Assembly: GCA_045804325.1 (NCBI GenBank)
Contig: JBJMNJ010000035.1
Span: forward strand, 423 to 64,422
Reading direction: 5' to 3'
Length of the DNA stretch: 64,000 nucleotides
Source: Gemmatimonadaceae bacterium
GTDB lineage: Bacteria; Gemmatimonadota; Gemmatimonadetes; Gemmatimonadales; Gemmatimonadaceae
Under the pieces are notes generated by a model, which worked only from the letters and a program-made list of their open reading frames with translations, ran no database searches and was not told the DNA's origin. Shown piece after piece: positions 1 to 10,109 of this stretch (positions are counted from its first letter, which is position 1; every line of letters begins with the position of its first letter). Both the position numbers and the translations under genes were made by a program.

Positions 1-178
1 GATTCGGGACGACCTGCACGTGCGCGCCCAGGCGCTTGAGCTCGATGCCGAGGGAGTCCCACGCCTCGGCGCCGGCCACCCGACGGAAGTCGAGCGGGAC
101 GAAGATCCAGTCCTGACTCTCGAGGCGCCCCGCCCGCGCCGCGCGGCCGAGCTCGTCCACTGTATCGAAGAAGATCAC
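1..178 (-). CDS. hypothetical protein, N-terminal fragment (gene continues past the left edge)
   Basis: The reverse frame from GTG at 178 reads VIFFDTVDELGRAARAGRLESQDWIFVPLDFRRVAGAEAWDSLGIELKRLGAHVQVVPN, with G/C at nearly all third codon positions. It is absent from the ORF track because it is open at the window edge. An in-frame GTG at 244 is an alternative start. No family recognised. Confidence 0.3.
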   Translation of the reverse strand, partial: MIFFDTVDELGRAARAGRLESQDWIFVPLDFRRVAGAEAWDSLGIELKRLGAHVQVVPN

Positions 179-289
179 GCCGTCCGGTGCATGGTGTTTC
201 GTGGGCCGCGGGGCTCCCGGCTCGATCGGGCCGCGGGCACGCACGCATGGTGCCTGCACCGCTCACAGCGTCGAAGAACCCGATTCCCG

Positions 290-2734
290 TTATGCCTCGG
301 CGCGCAGCGCGAGGCTCGGCGCGAGCCGCGCGGCGCGCGCGGCCGGCAGCGCGGCGGCGAGCAGCGCGAGCGCGGCCACGCCCGAGGCCGTGCCGGCGAA
401 TGCCACCGGGTCGAGCGCGTCGAGCCCGAAGAGCAGCCCGGCGAGCAGCCGCGAGGCTGCGGCGGCGACCGCCACGCCGGCCGCGACGCCCAACGCGACC
501 AGTCGGACGCCGCGTCCGAGCACGAGTGCCACCACCTCGCGGCGCGTGGCGCCGAGCGCCATGCGGATGCCGAGCTCGCGCGTGCGCCGCGCCGCCGCGT
601 AGGCGACGACGCCCTGCACCCCCACCGCCGCGAGCAGCAGCGCCAGCCCGCCGAGCGCGGCCGCGAGCGTCGCGCCCGCCTGCGCCGGCCGCAGCTCGCT
701 CGCCAGCGCATCCTCGATGCGCTCGACCGCCACGGCCGCGTCCGGGTCGAGGTCGCGCACCATTGCCGGGAGCGCGCGGACGAGCGCCGGCTGCGCACCG
801 GCGGTGCGGAGCACGACGCGCAGGCCGAGCCGGTCGGCCGGGCGCGGCGGCGCGTAGAACGCGACCGCGGCAGGACCGCCGAGGCGGTCGGCGCTCACGT
901 CGGCCGCGACGCCCATCACGACGTAGCGCTCGTCGCCGGCACGGAAGCGCGCGCCGAGCGGGTCGGCCGCGCGCCAGAGACGCCGCGCCATGGCCCCGCT
1001 CACCACCGCCGGGGTCGCGTCCCCGCCCTCGCCCTCGCCGAAGGCGCGCCCGCGCACCAGCCGCACGCCCATCGTCCGGAAGTAGCCGACGGAGACGGCG
1101 GTCCACTGCACGGGCACGTCGCGCGCCGGCGATGGGCCCTCCGTCGTCACCTGCGTCTCGCTCCGGCCGGAGAGCGGCAGGCGGGCGGCGAGCGCGACCG
1201 CCTCGACACCGGGAGTCGCGCCGAGCCGCTCCAGCAAGCGGGCGTCGAGCGCCGCGGCGCGCTCCGGCGTGTAGCCGCGCTCGCCGAGGTCGAGCGCGAC
1301 GGACAGCACGTGCCGCGTGGCGAAACCGGGGTCGGCGCTCTCGCCGCGCCGCACGCCGCGCGCGAGCAGCGCGGCGCCGACGAGGAGGACGATGCACCCG
1401 GCGACCTGCGCGACGACTAGCGCGTCGCGGGCGCGGGTGGGACTCCCGCGCCGCCCGCCCGCGAGGCCCGAGCCGCCCAGCGCGGCGTACACGTCGGTGC
1501 GCGCCGCCTGGAGCGCGGGCGCGAGCCCGACGATCATGGTGCACGCCGCGGCGAGCGCGGCCGCGTAGCCGAGCACGGCGAGGTCGGGCGAGAGGGGGAT
1601 CCGGACTCCGTCGGCCGGCAGCGCCGCCACGAGCAGCGGCGGGAGCCAGTAGGCGACGAGCACGCCGAGCGCGGCGCCCGCGGCGCACAGGACCGCGGAC
1701 TCGGTGAGGAGCTGCCGAACGATGCGCCGCGGGCTCGCGCCGAGCGCGATGCGCACGGCCACCTCGCGCCGGCGGGCGGCGGCGCGCGCGAGCAGCAGGT
1801 TCGCGACGTTGGCGCACGCCATGAGCAGCACGAGGCCGGCGAAGGCCATCACGCCGGCGGCGATGGGGAGGCCGCGACTCCACACTTCGGGACCCGCGAG
1901 CAGCGCGCCGCGGCTGACGACCAGGCGCGTCGTGCGCCCCGGGTCCGCCTCGTCGCGCTCGCGGGCGATGCGGGTGAGGTCGGCGCGCGCGTCGCCGAGG
2001 GAGGCGCCGGGCCGCAGCCGCCCCACGAGCTCGAGCCAGCTCACGTCCTCCTCGCCGAGCAGGTGCCGCTGCTCGGGCTCGAGCACCGGCTGCATCTCCA
2101 GCGGCACCCAGAGCGCGGGCGCGCCGGGCGCCGTGCCGACGACCTCCGGCGCCGCGACGCCGACGACGGTGACCCTGTGCCCGTTCAGCGTGACCGGGCG
2201 GCCGACGACGGCGGCGTCGGCGCCGAAGCGGGTGCGCCAGAGCGCGTGCCCCAGCACGACGACCGGCCCGGCGCCGGGGGCGCGGCACTCGTCCGCGGTG
2301 AAGGTCCGTCCCAGGACGACGGGGCTCCCGCCGCCCGGCGCGCCGAGCACGGCGAAGTAGTCGCACGAGACGAGGAGGCCGTCCACCGGCAGCGGCGCGG
2401 CGCCGCCGAGGGTGAAGCGCGCGTCCGCGTATGCGGCGAGGCCGGCGAGCGTGCGGGCCCGGTCGCGGTAGTCCCGGTACTCCGGGTACGCGAAGAGGAG
2501 CGGCGAGCCGCGGATCTCGCGGCGGCGCTCGATCCGGGTCTCCTGGTGGAGCACGACGACGCGGCGCGCGTCGCGCACCGGGAGCGGGCGCAGCGCGACG
2601 GCGTACAGCGCCGTGAACAGCGACGTGTTGGCGCCGACGCCTAACGCCAGCGACAGGACGGCCGCCAGCGCGAAGCCGGGGCTCGCGCGCAGGGAGCGGA
2701 AGGCATGGCGGAGGTCCTGGATCACGGACGTCAC
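290..2734 (-). CDS. MacB/FtsX-type ABC transporter permease (duplicated FtsX domains, no adjacent ATPase)
   Basis: 814-aa ORF. The N-terminus VTSVIQDLRHAFRSLRASPGFALAAVLSLALGVGANT is typical of MacB-like permeases. Two TM/FtsX modules flank large periplasmic domains. GTG start at 2734 with AGGAG upstream; TAA stop at 290. Confidence 0.85.
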   Translation of the reverse strand: MTSVIQDLRHAFRSLRASPGFALAAVLSLALGVGANTSLFTALYAVALRPLPVRDARRVVVLHQETRIERRREIRGSPLLFAYPEYRDYRDRARTLAGLAAYADARFTLGGAAPLPVDGLLVSCDYFAVLGAPGGGSPVVLGRTFTADECRAPGAGPVVVLGHALWRTRFGADAAVVGRPVTLNGHRVTVVGVAAPEVVGTAPGAPALWVPLEMQPVLEPEQRHLLGEEDVSWLELVGRLRPGASLGDARADLTRIARERDEADPGRTTRLVVSRGALLAGPEVWSRGLPIAAGVMAFAGLVLLMACANVANLLLARAAARRREVAVRIALGASPRRIVRQLLTESAVLCAAGAALGVLVAYWLPPLLVAALPADGVRIPLSPDLAVLGYAAALAAACTMIVGLAPALQAARTDVYAALGGSGLAGGRRGSPTRARDALVVAQVAGCIVLLVGAALLARGVRRGESADPGFATRHVLSVALDLGERGYTPERAAALDARLLERLGATPGVEAVALAARLPLSGRSETQVTTEGPSPARDVPVQWTAVSVGYFRTMGVRLVRGRAFGEGEGGDATPAVVSGAMARRLWRAADPLGARFRAGDERYVVMGVAADVSADRLGGPAAVAFYAPPRPADRLGLRVVLRTAGAQPALVRALPAMVRDLDPDAAVAVERIEDALASELRPAQAGATLAAALGGLALLLAAVGVQGVVAYAAARRTRELGIRMALGATRREVVALVLGRGVRLVALGVAAGVAVAAAASRLLAGLLFGLDALDPVAFAGTASGVAALALLAAALPAARAARLAPSLALRAEA

Positions 2735-2894
2735 CGGGGGCTCCTGGGCGGCGGGGTGGGGCGCGGCTCGGCACCGGCAGCTTCACGCCGTACGTCCGGC
2801 ACCGTGCCCGGGTTCCGGAGCGGGATGGTGGCCACGGCGCGCGAGGCAATCCCGTCATTGCGACCGGCCAGCGCGGTTCCCACATTCGTCGCCG

Positions 2895-5276
2895 ATGAGC
2901 CAGTCGTCCCACACCCAGTCGCCTACCCCGGACCCCCGCGCCACCGAGCCGGCCTCCGCCGCCGAAGAGGAGCGCCGGCAGCTCCTCGAGGCGGAGCGCG
3001 CGGCGCGCGAGGCGGCCGAGCGGGTGGCCGCGCGGCTGCGCGCCGTGGCGGCCATCAGCGAGCGCATCAACCAGGCCGCCACGGTGGACGCGGTGCTGCA
3101 CGAGGTGGTGGACGGCGTGCGCGACGCGCTCCGCACCGACACCGTCATGCTGCTCCTGCTCGACGAGCGCGGGTCCGAGCTGCGCGTCGGCGCGTCCGCG
3201 GGGCTCCCGGAGGAGGTGGCCGCGGAGGTGCGCGTCCCGCTCGGCGAGGGGTTCGCCGGGAAGATCGCCGCGACGCGCCAGCCGCTCGTGCTCGACACCC
3301 CGGCGCCCGAGGCGCTCGTGAGCGCCTACCTGCGCGAGCACGCGTTCTCCCTGATCGGCGTGCCGCTCGTGGGCGAGGCGCGTGTGCTGGGCGTCCTGCA
3401 CGCGTCCACGCGCGCGGCGCGGCGCTTCACGGGCGAGGACGTCACCCTGCTGGAGCTCGTCGGCGCTCGCGCCGCCTCGGCGCTGCTCCGCGCGCGCCTC
3501 TACGACGCGGAGCGCGTGGCGCGCGAGCAGACGGAGCGGCTCCAGCGCCTGAGCGCGGAGCTCACGCGCGTCCTCACGCGCGACGAGGTCACGGACGTCG
3601 TCGTCCGCCACGTCGCGGCCGCGTTCGGGGCGTACGTGGCCGGCGTCGTGGAGCTCACCGCGGATGGGCGCGAGTTCGCGATGCTCGGCACCGCGAGCTA
3701 CGGCCCGGCCGTGCGCCGGCGCTACGCGCGCTTCCGCGTGGACACTCCCGTCCCGGCGCGCGACGTGGCCCGCACGCGGCAGCCCGTCTTCCTGAGCAGC
3801 CGCGCCGAGTGGGCGGCGCGCTTCGCCCAACCGCCCATGATGATGCCCCCGGAGGGCGACGGCGCCTGGGCGGCGCTCCCGCTGCTCGTGGAAGACCGGC
3901 TGCTCGGCGCCCTGACCGTGAGCCTGCACGGGCCGCGCACCTTCCCGGAGGACGAGCGGCGGCTCATGCAGGCGTACGCGGACCTCTGCGCGCAGGCGCT
4001 CGAGCGCGCGCGGCTGTACGAGGCGGAGCGCACGGCACGCGGGCGCGCCGAGGCGTTGCAGCGCGTGACCTCCACGCTCGCGCGGGTGCAGACGATGTCG
4101 GACGTGGGGCACGTCTTCTCGCGCGAGCTGACGGCGCTCATCGGGGCCGACACGACGTGGGTCGGCGTCGTGAGCGCGGACCGCACGAGCATCGAGGCGG
4201 TGGGGTGGTCCGGCTACTCGGACGGCGCGCTGGAGCGCTGGCGGCGGCTGCCGCTCGACGCCGGCATCGCGCTCACCGACGCCGTGCGGGCGGCGCGCCC
4301 GCAGTGGTGGGCCACGCGCGAGGAGCTCGTCGCCGCGTACCCGACGCGCGCCGCCGCGGTCCGGGAGGCGGACCAGGAGAGCGTCGCCATCCTCCCGCTC
4401 GTCGGGGAGCCCGCGGAGGCCGGCGACGGCGCACTGGGCGGGATCGTCGTCGGCTTCCGGGACGCGCGGCGGTTCGACCCCGACCTGCGCACGTTCCTCC
4501 TCGCGCTCGCCCAGCAGTGCGCGCAGGCCATCGCGCGCGCGCGGCTCTACGAGTCGGAGCAGGCCGCGCGCGCCGAGGCCGAGGCGGCGAACCAGGCGAA
4601 GAGCGACTTCCTCGCGACGATGAGCCACGAGCTCCGCACGCCGCTCAACGCCATCGCCGGCTACGCGGAGCTCCTCGACCTCGGCATCCACGGCCCGGTC
4701 ACCGACGCGCAGCGCGAGGCGCTGGGCCGCATCCAGCGCAGCCAGAAGCACCTACTCTCGCTCATCAACGAAGTGCTGAACTACGCACGCCTGGAGGCCG
4801 GCGCCGTCGAGTACGACGTGCGCCCGGTGGACGTGCGCGGCGCCGTCGCGGGGGTGGAGCCGTTCATCCTCCCGCAGGTGCGCGCGAAGGGGCTGCGCTT
4901 CACGGTGAGCGCATGCCCCTCCGCGCTCGCCGTGCGCGCCGACGCGGAGAAGCTCGGGCAGATCCTCCTCAACCTCCTCTCCAACGCGGTGAAGTTCACC
5001 GAGCCGGGCGGCGAGATCACCATCGCGTGCGAGGCGGCCGACGGCCACGTGCGCATCCTGGTGCGCGACACCGGACGGGGCATTCCCGAGGAGCACCTGT
5101 CCCGCATCTTCGAGCCCTTCGTGCAGATCGGCCGCACGCTGAACAGCCCGGTCGAGGGCACGGGGCTCGGCCTCGCGATCAGCCGCGACCTCGCGCGCGG
5201 CATGGGCGGCGACCTCGCGGCGGAGAGCGTGCATGGGAAAGGGAGCACGTTCGCGGTGACGCTGCCGGCCGCGTAG
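2895..5276 (+). CDS. GAF-domain sensor histidine kinase (orphan)
   Basis: Frame of ORF 2613..5276, trimmed to ATG 2895 (MSQSSHTQ). Repeated GAF-like segments, H-box [21 protein letters not shown], and a HATPase_c region with N/G boxes ([25 protein letters not shown]). Confidence 0.85.
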   Translation: MSQSSHTQSPTPDPRATEPASAAEEERRQLLEAERAAREAAERVAARLRAVAAISERINQAATVDAVLHEVVDGVRDALRTDTVMLLLLDERGSELRVGASAGLPEEVAAEVRVPLGEGFAGKIAATRQPLVLDTPAPEALVSAYLREHAFSLIGVPLVGEARVLGVLHASTRAARRFTGEDVTLLELVGARAASALLRARLYDAERVAREQTERLQRLSAELTRVLTRDEVTDVVVRHVAAAFGAYVAGVVELTADGREFAMLGTASYGPAVRRRYARFRVDTPVPARDVARTRQPVFLSSRAEWAARFAQPPMMMPPEGDGAWAALPLLVEDRLLGALTVSLHGPRTFPEDERRLMQAYADLCAQALERARLYEAERTARGRAEALQRVTSTLARVQTMSDVGHVFSRELTALIGADTTWVGVVSADRTSIEAVGWSGYSDGALERWRRLPLDAGIALTDAVRAARPQWWATREELVAAYPTRAAAVREADQESVAILPLVGEPAEAGDGALGGIVVGFRDARRFDPDLRTFLLALAQQCAQAIARARLYESEQAARAEAEAANQAKSDFLATMSHELRTPLNAIAGYAELLDLGIHGPVTDAQREALGRIQRSQKHLLSLINEVLNYARLEAGAVEYDVRPVDVRGAVAGVEPFILPQVRAKGLRFTVSACPSALAVRADAEKLGQILLNLLSNAVKFTEPGGEITIACEAADGHVRILVRDTGRGIPEEHLSRIFEPFVQIGRTLNSPVEGTGLGLAISRDLARGMGGDLAAESVHGKGSTFAVTLPAA

Positions 5277-5307
5277 GGCGGCGCTGCGCCGTGCGGAGTG
5301 GAAAACC

Positions 5308-5325
5308 GCGGCCCGTCAGGGCCGC
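5308..5325. terminator. short GC hairpin between convergent HK and peptidase genes
   Basis: gcggccc-gtca-gggccgc (7-bp stem, 4-nt loop) lies just after the HK stop and overlaps the peptidase stop. There is no T-tract. Confidence 0.25.
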
Positions 5326-7559
5326 ACACCCGGCCACCCCTCCACCACCGCCACCCGCTGCGCCACCTGCGTCGCGAGCGCCACGCCGGAGCGCTCGTCG
5401 TCGGTGACGACGACGCAGCCCGCGCCGGCGTCGGGGTAGCCCAGGAGGACGAGGGTGCGCCCGCTGCCAGCGTCCACGTACGATAGGCGCACGGCACCGG
5501 CCCGGGTGAGAAGACGGAAGCCGAGACCGCCGCGGCGCGTCGCGCCGAACGGGTCGCCCGCGAGGCTGTCGCCCGCGGCGAGCATCGCGCGCGCGGCCTC
5601 CGGCCTCGCACGCGTTCCGCCCCGGCCGGCCGCGGCCGCGAGCGCGTCCGCCCAGAGCGCCGCGAGCGACGCCACGCTCGCGCCCGCCGTGTCGCGCGCG
5701 AAGCGTGCGGGGTCGAGCTGCCGCGCGGACGCGGCGAAGTCCCCGAGTGGCCACGGCCGTGCGGAGTCGCCGGCGGTGGCCGTCCACGCGACGCGGTGGC
5801 CGCGCACCACGCCGAGGCTCACGCGGCCCGCGCCGTACATCCGCCGCAGCCACGAGAGCTCGTCCCGGAGCCAGGCGCGGCTGGCGGCCGCGTCGAGCGG
5901 GCGCGTCACGCCGGGGACGGGCCCGTACTCCGGCTCCCACAGCATGAGGCGATGCTCGGGGTCGAGCCGAACGGCCGTCGGGGCGCCACGCGCGGGCAGC
6001 ACGAACGCCTGCACCGAGTCGGCGAGGAGCACGCGACTGCGAAGCGCGCCGCCGCGCGATGCGACGTCGACGTCGAGAGGCAGCCGGTAGGGGCGCGTGC
6101 GCTGGGTGACCTCGACGCGCGCGGCGGGGCGGCCGCCGAGCGTGGCGGCGGACCAGCGCACGTCGAGCACCGGCGCGCCGGCGCGGTCGAGCCAGTCGGC
6201 GAAGAACCTCGTGAGCTCCCGCGCGCTGTCGGGCGGGACCGCCTGGAGGAAGGCGGCGCGGAGGTCGGGGAGCGTGGCGCTGCGGCCGGCGTAGTCGCGG
6301 ACGAAGCGGCGGAGCACCGCGAAGTACGTCGAGTCGCCGACGCGGTCGCGGAGCATCTCGTAGAACCACGCGCCCTTGGAGTACGACGGGAGCGTCGCGA
6401 AGTCGTTCATGAGCGGCTCGTCCGCCCCGATGCGCCACAGGTGGAAGAAGGTGTGCGCGCTGTTGGGGACGGAGCCGTCACGCATGTACGCGCGCATGCC
6501 GGCGCGCCCGTGGCGCGCCTCCACGACGAGCGACGCGCCGTGGCTGGCCATCCCCTCGTCCATCATGTCGTCGCCCGGCGGGTCGGAGAGGACCGTGTTC
6601 GCCCACCACATGTGCGCGAGCTCGTGCGCGAAGAGCGGCACGTCGACGGTGTCGGCGTCGAGCGCGTGCTCGTGCGCGAGGAAGTATCCCTGCTCGGAGC
6701 GTCCGCCGATCCCGGGCGGCGCGATGCCGGCGGGGATGGCCGCGACGCCGAACGTGCCGAAGGGGTACGGCCCGTACGCCTTCTCGAGGACGGCGACCAT
6801 CGGCGGGACCGCCGCCGCGAACGCGCCCGCCTTGCCCGCCTGCCTCGGCATGAGATGAATGGCGACGTCGGTGGCGCCCACCCGGTGGCGGGTCACGACG
6901 TACGGCGCGGCGATGAAGCTCCACGCGAGCGGCTGCGCGCTCTCCCACCGCTCGCGCCGCACGCCGCCGCTCACCGTGCTGTCGACGAGCCGGCCGTTCG
7001 ACAGGCCGCTCCACGAGGCGGGGACCGTGAGCCGCAGCGTGCCCCGCGCGCTGATGGACGGGTCGCGCCCCTTCGTCGCGGCGAGCCACGGGTACCAGTT
7101 CCCGTACCACGATGCGAACGCCCCCTCGCGGCCGAGCGCGACGCTGCGCGCGACGCGCGGCTGCCGGGCGCGCGAGCGGAAGCGCACGACCACGGCCGCC
7201 CCGGAGTCCGCCGGCGCCGCGAGCCGCACGCGCGCGGTGTCGCCGCCGGTCGAGAGCGTGACGCTCGCGCCCGCGGCCTCCACCGACTCGAGCCGCATCC
7301 CCCCGGACGCCACGGCGAGCGCGGGACCGAGCGACCCGCCGGCGGGCGCGGTGACCGTGAGCGCGCCCGCGACGCGCACGGTCTCGCTGTCCGGCAGCGC
7401 GACGACGCCGAGCTCGATGCGCGCGAGCTTCCATCCCGAGCCGCTCGTGTCGGCCGTCGCGCTGGGCGCAACGCTCCAATGGCGCGATGGCGGGGGAGCG
7501 CCAGAGAGCGCCAGCAGGCTCGCGAGGACCGACAGCCGAGAGCCGAGAGCGCGATTCAT
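5316..7559 (-). CDS. secreted M1-family zinc metallopeptidase with an extra C-terminal domain
   Basis: Frame of ORF 5316..8219, trimmed to ATG 7559 (MNRALGSRLSVLASLLALSG, signal-like) with GGAGGAG upstream. Carries the HEXXH motif in FAHELAHMWWAN with a downstream Glu typical of gluzincin M1 peptidases. About 220 extra C-terminal residues follow. Confidence 0.8.
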   Translation of the reverse strand: MNRALGSRLSVLASLLALSGAPPPSRHWSVAPSATADTSGSGWKLARIELGVVALPDSETVRVAGALTVTAPAGGSLGPALAVASGGMRLESVEAAGASVTLSTGGDTARVRLAAPADSGAAVVVRFRSRARQPRVARSVALGREGAFASWYGNWYPWLAATKGRDPSISARGTLRLTVPASWSGLSNGRLVDSTVSGGVRRERWESAQPLAWSFIAAPYVVTRHRVGATDVAIHLMPRQAGKAGAFAAAVPPMVAVLEKAYGPYPFGTFGVAAIPAGIAPPGIGGRSEQGYFLAHEHALDADTVDVPLFAHELAHMWWANTVLSDPPGDDMMDEGMASHGASLVVEARHGRAGMRAYMRDGSVPNSAHTFFHLWRIGADEPLMNDFATLPSYSKGAWFYEMLRDRVGDSTYFAVLRRFVRDYAGRSATLPDLRAAFLQAVPPDSARELTRFFADWLDRAGAPVLDVRWSAATLGGRPAARVEVTQRTRPYRLPLDVDVASRGGALRSRVLLADSVQAFVLPARGAPTAVRLDPEHRLMLWEPEYGPVPGVTRPLDAAASRAWLRDELSWLRRMYGAGRVSLGVVRGHRVAWTATAGDSARPWPLGDFAASARQLDPARFARDTAGASVASLAALWADALAAAAGRGGTRARPEAARAMLAAGDSLAGDPFGATRRGGLGFRLLTRAGAVRLSYVDAGSGRTLVLLGYPDAGAGCVVVTDDERSGVALATQVAQRVAVVEGWPGVRP

Positions 7560-8005
7560 CGCCTCTCCTCCGGCGGCCCATTCTCCCACAGCACGTTCAG
7601 GATCACCCAGCGCCCGTTCACCCGCGCGAGGTGCATGTAGTCGACCCACGATGCCGCGGTGACGCGCACGCTCGCCGCGCCGCCGTACACGTCGAGGATG
7701 CGGACGTCGTTCTTCCGCTGCGCCACCGGGATGTCCGAGCCGCCCCCTCGGCGCGCGCCCTGCACGAGGCTCATCGCGCTCATCTGGGTGAGGCGGCTCC
7801 GCCCCTGCGCATCGGTGACGACGTTGCGCTTGGCGAGCTCCGGGTGCAGCGCGCGCTCCATGCGCGCGCCATCGGCCGCGTACCACCCCTCGATGTAGTC
7901 GAGCGCGGCGGCGCGGATGGCGGCGGTGTCGGCCGCGCTCTGCGCGCGCGCGGCCTGCGGTGCGAGGGTCAGAAAGACGGCGAGGATGGGCGCGATGCGC
8001 GGCAT
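7556..8005 (-). CDS. NTF2-like / SnoaL-type small secreted protein
   Basis: Frame of ORF 7556..8821, trimmed to ATG 8005 (MPRIAPILAVFLTLAPQAARAQ, signal peptide). The IRAAALDYIEGWY...RVNGRWVILNVLW pattern is typical of NTF2-fold (lumazine-binding-like) proteins. Its stop overlaps the peptidase start (ATGA). Confidence 0.6.
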   Translation of the reverse strand: MPRIAPILAVFLTLAPQAARAQSAADTAAIRAAALDYIEGWYAADGARMERALHPELAKRNVVTDAQGRSRLTQMSAMSLVQGARRGGGSDIPVAQRKNDVRILDVYGGAASVRVTAASWVDYMHLARVNGRWVILNVLWENGPPEERR

Positions 8006-8085
8006 GCGTGGCTCCGAGGGTGAACGCGGCGGGACGGGCCTGCCACGCCACCATCGGCCGCGCGCCCGCCCGGGGCAACGCCGGA

Positions 8086-8114
8086 GTGACGGACCGCGCC
8101 GGCGCCGTGACGGA
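8086..8114. promoter_or_regulatory. candidate LytTR-type binding site (direct repeat)
   Basis: GTGACGGAcCGC at 8086 and GTGACGGAgCGC at 8107 match at 11 of 12 positions. They are 21 bp apart start to start. The site lies between the LytTR regulator stop (8128) and the NTF2-like gene start (8005). Confidence 0.35.
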
Positions 8115-8127
8115 GCGCCGCGCCCGC

Positions 8128-8930
8128 TCAGCCCCGCAGCAGCGCCTGCACGCGCGCGCCGTACGCGCGGCCGCTGTCCACGCGCACGCCGCCGCGCAGG
8201 TGCAGCCGGTACTCGCCATGCCCGAGCGGCTCCACGCGCTCGATCCGCTCCGCGGCCACGATGGCCGAGCGGTGCACGCGAACGAAGCGCGAGGGGTCCA
8301 GCCGCGCCTCGAGCGCCTTCATCGTCTGCCGCACGAGGTGGACGCGACCCTGCGCGTGGAGCGCCGCGTAGTTCCCCTCCGCCTCCACCCACTCGACGTC
8401 GTCCGCCTGCACGAAGTAGTAGCCCTTCGGCGAGCGCACGAGGAAGCGCTGCGCGTAGCGCGGCGCCGTGCCGAGCCGCGCGAGCAGCGCGTCCATCGCG
8501 ACCGCCGACGCGCCGCCGTCGCCGGCGCCCGCGAGCCGCGCCTCCAGGCGTGCCATCGTGCGCGCGAACCGGTCGCGGTCCACCGGCTTGAGGAGGTAGT
8601 CCGCCGCGCTCACCTCGAAGGCCCGCAGCGCGAACGCGTCGTACGCCGTCACGAAGACGACCGCAGGAGCCTCGGCGCCCTCCGAGCCCGCGATGGCCTC
8701 CGCCACCTCGAGCCCGTCGAGCCCGGGCATGCGCACGTCGAGGAACACGACGTCCGGCCGCTGCTCGAGGATCGCCTCCACCGCCTGCGGCCCGTTGCGG
8801 CACTCGGCCACCACCTCCCACCCCGGGTGGCGCGAGACGAGCTGCCGCAGCCGCTCGCGCGCGAGCGCCTCGTCGTCGGCGACGACCACTCGGCGCGCCG
8901 GTCGCGCGGCGTCCCGGGAGCGCGCGGCGC

Positions 8931-8934
<4 letters not shown>
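8128..8934 (-). CDS. LytR/AlgR-family response regulator (REC + LytTR DNA-binding domain)
   Basis: Frame of ORF 8128..9270. GTG at 8934 overlaps the kinase stop (GTGA). REC motifs VVVADDE...DVVFLDVRMPGLDG...VVFVTAY, and a LytTR region FLVRSPKGYYFVQADDVEWVEAEGNYAALH...VRVHRSAIV. Confidence 0.85.
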
Positions 8935-10019
<1,085 letters not shown>

Positions 10020-10109
10020 GCCGCGAATGTACGGCCCGGCGCGCGAGCCGGCGCGGGCGAGGGGCGGGGCGGACCGGGGGCGTGACGAACCGCCGGTCCG
10101 CGCCTCCCC

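Noticed and set aside
187-1707. A long plus-strand ORF (506 aa) and many similar Arg/Pro/Ala-rich ORFs in the track, for example 20-1420, 2705-5407, 5179-6438, 9427-13989, 10137-12764, 14542-16689, 21064-23031, 34710-37160, 40404-43148, 48847-53625 and 57215-59755.
   Set aside because: They lie antisense to, or out of frame with, ORFs that have clear family signatures. Their products are low-complexity Arg/Pro/Gly/Ala strings. Long open frames on all strands are expected at this GC content because stop codons are AT-rich.
4598-4654. A stretch of about 57 nt in the first GAF kinase is nearly identical (one mismatch by eye) to 55981-56037 in the third kinase. This could have indicated a repeat or a recent recombination tract.
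   Set aside because: It encodes the conserved H-box ([19 protein letters not shown]). With extreme codon bias, identical peptides yield near-identical DNA, and the flanking sequence diverges immediately.
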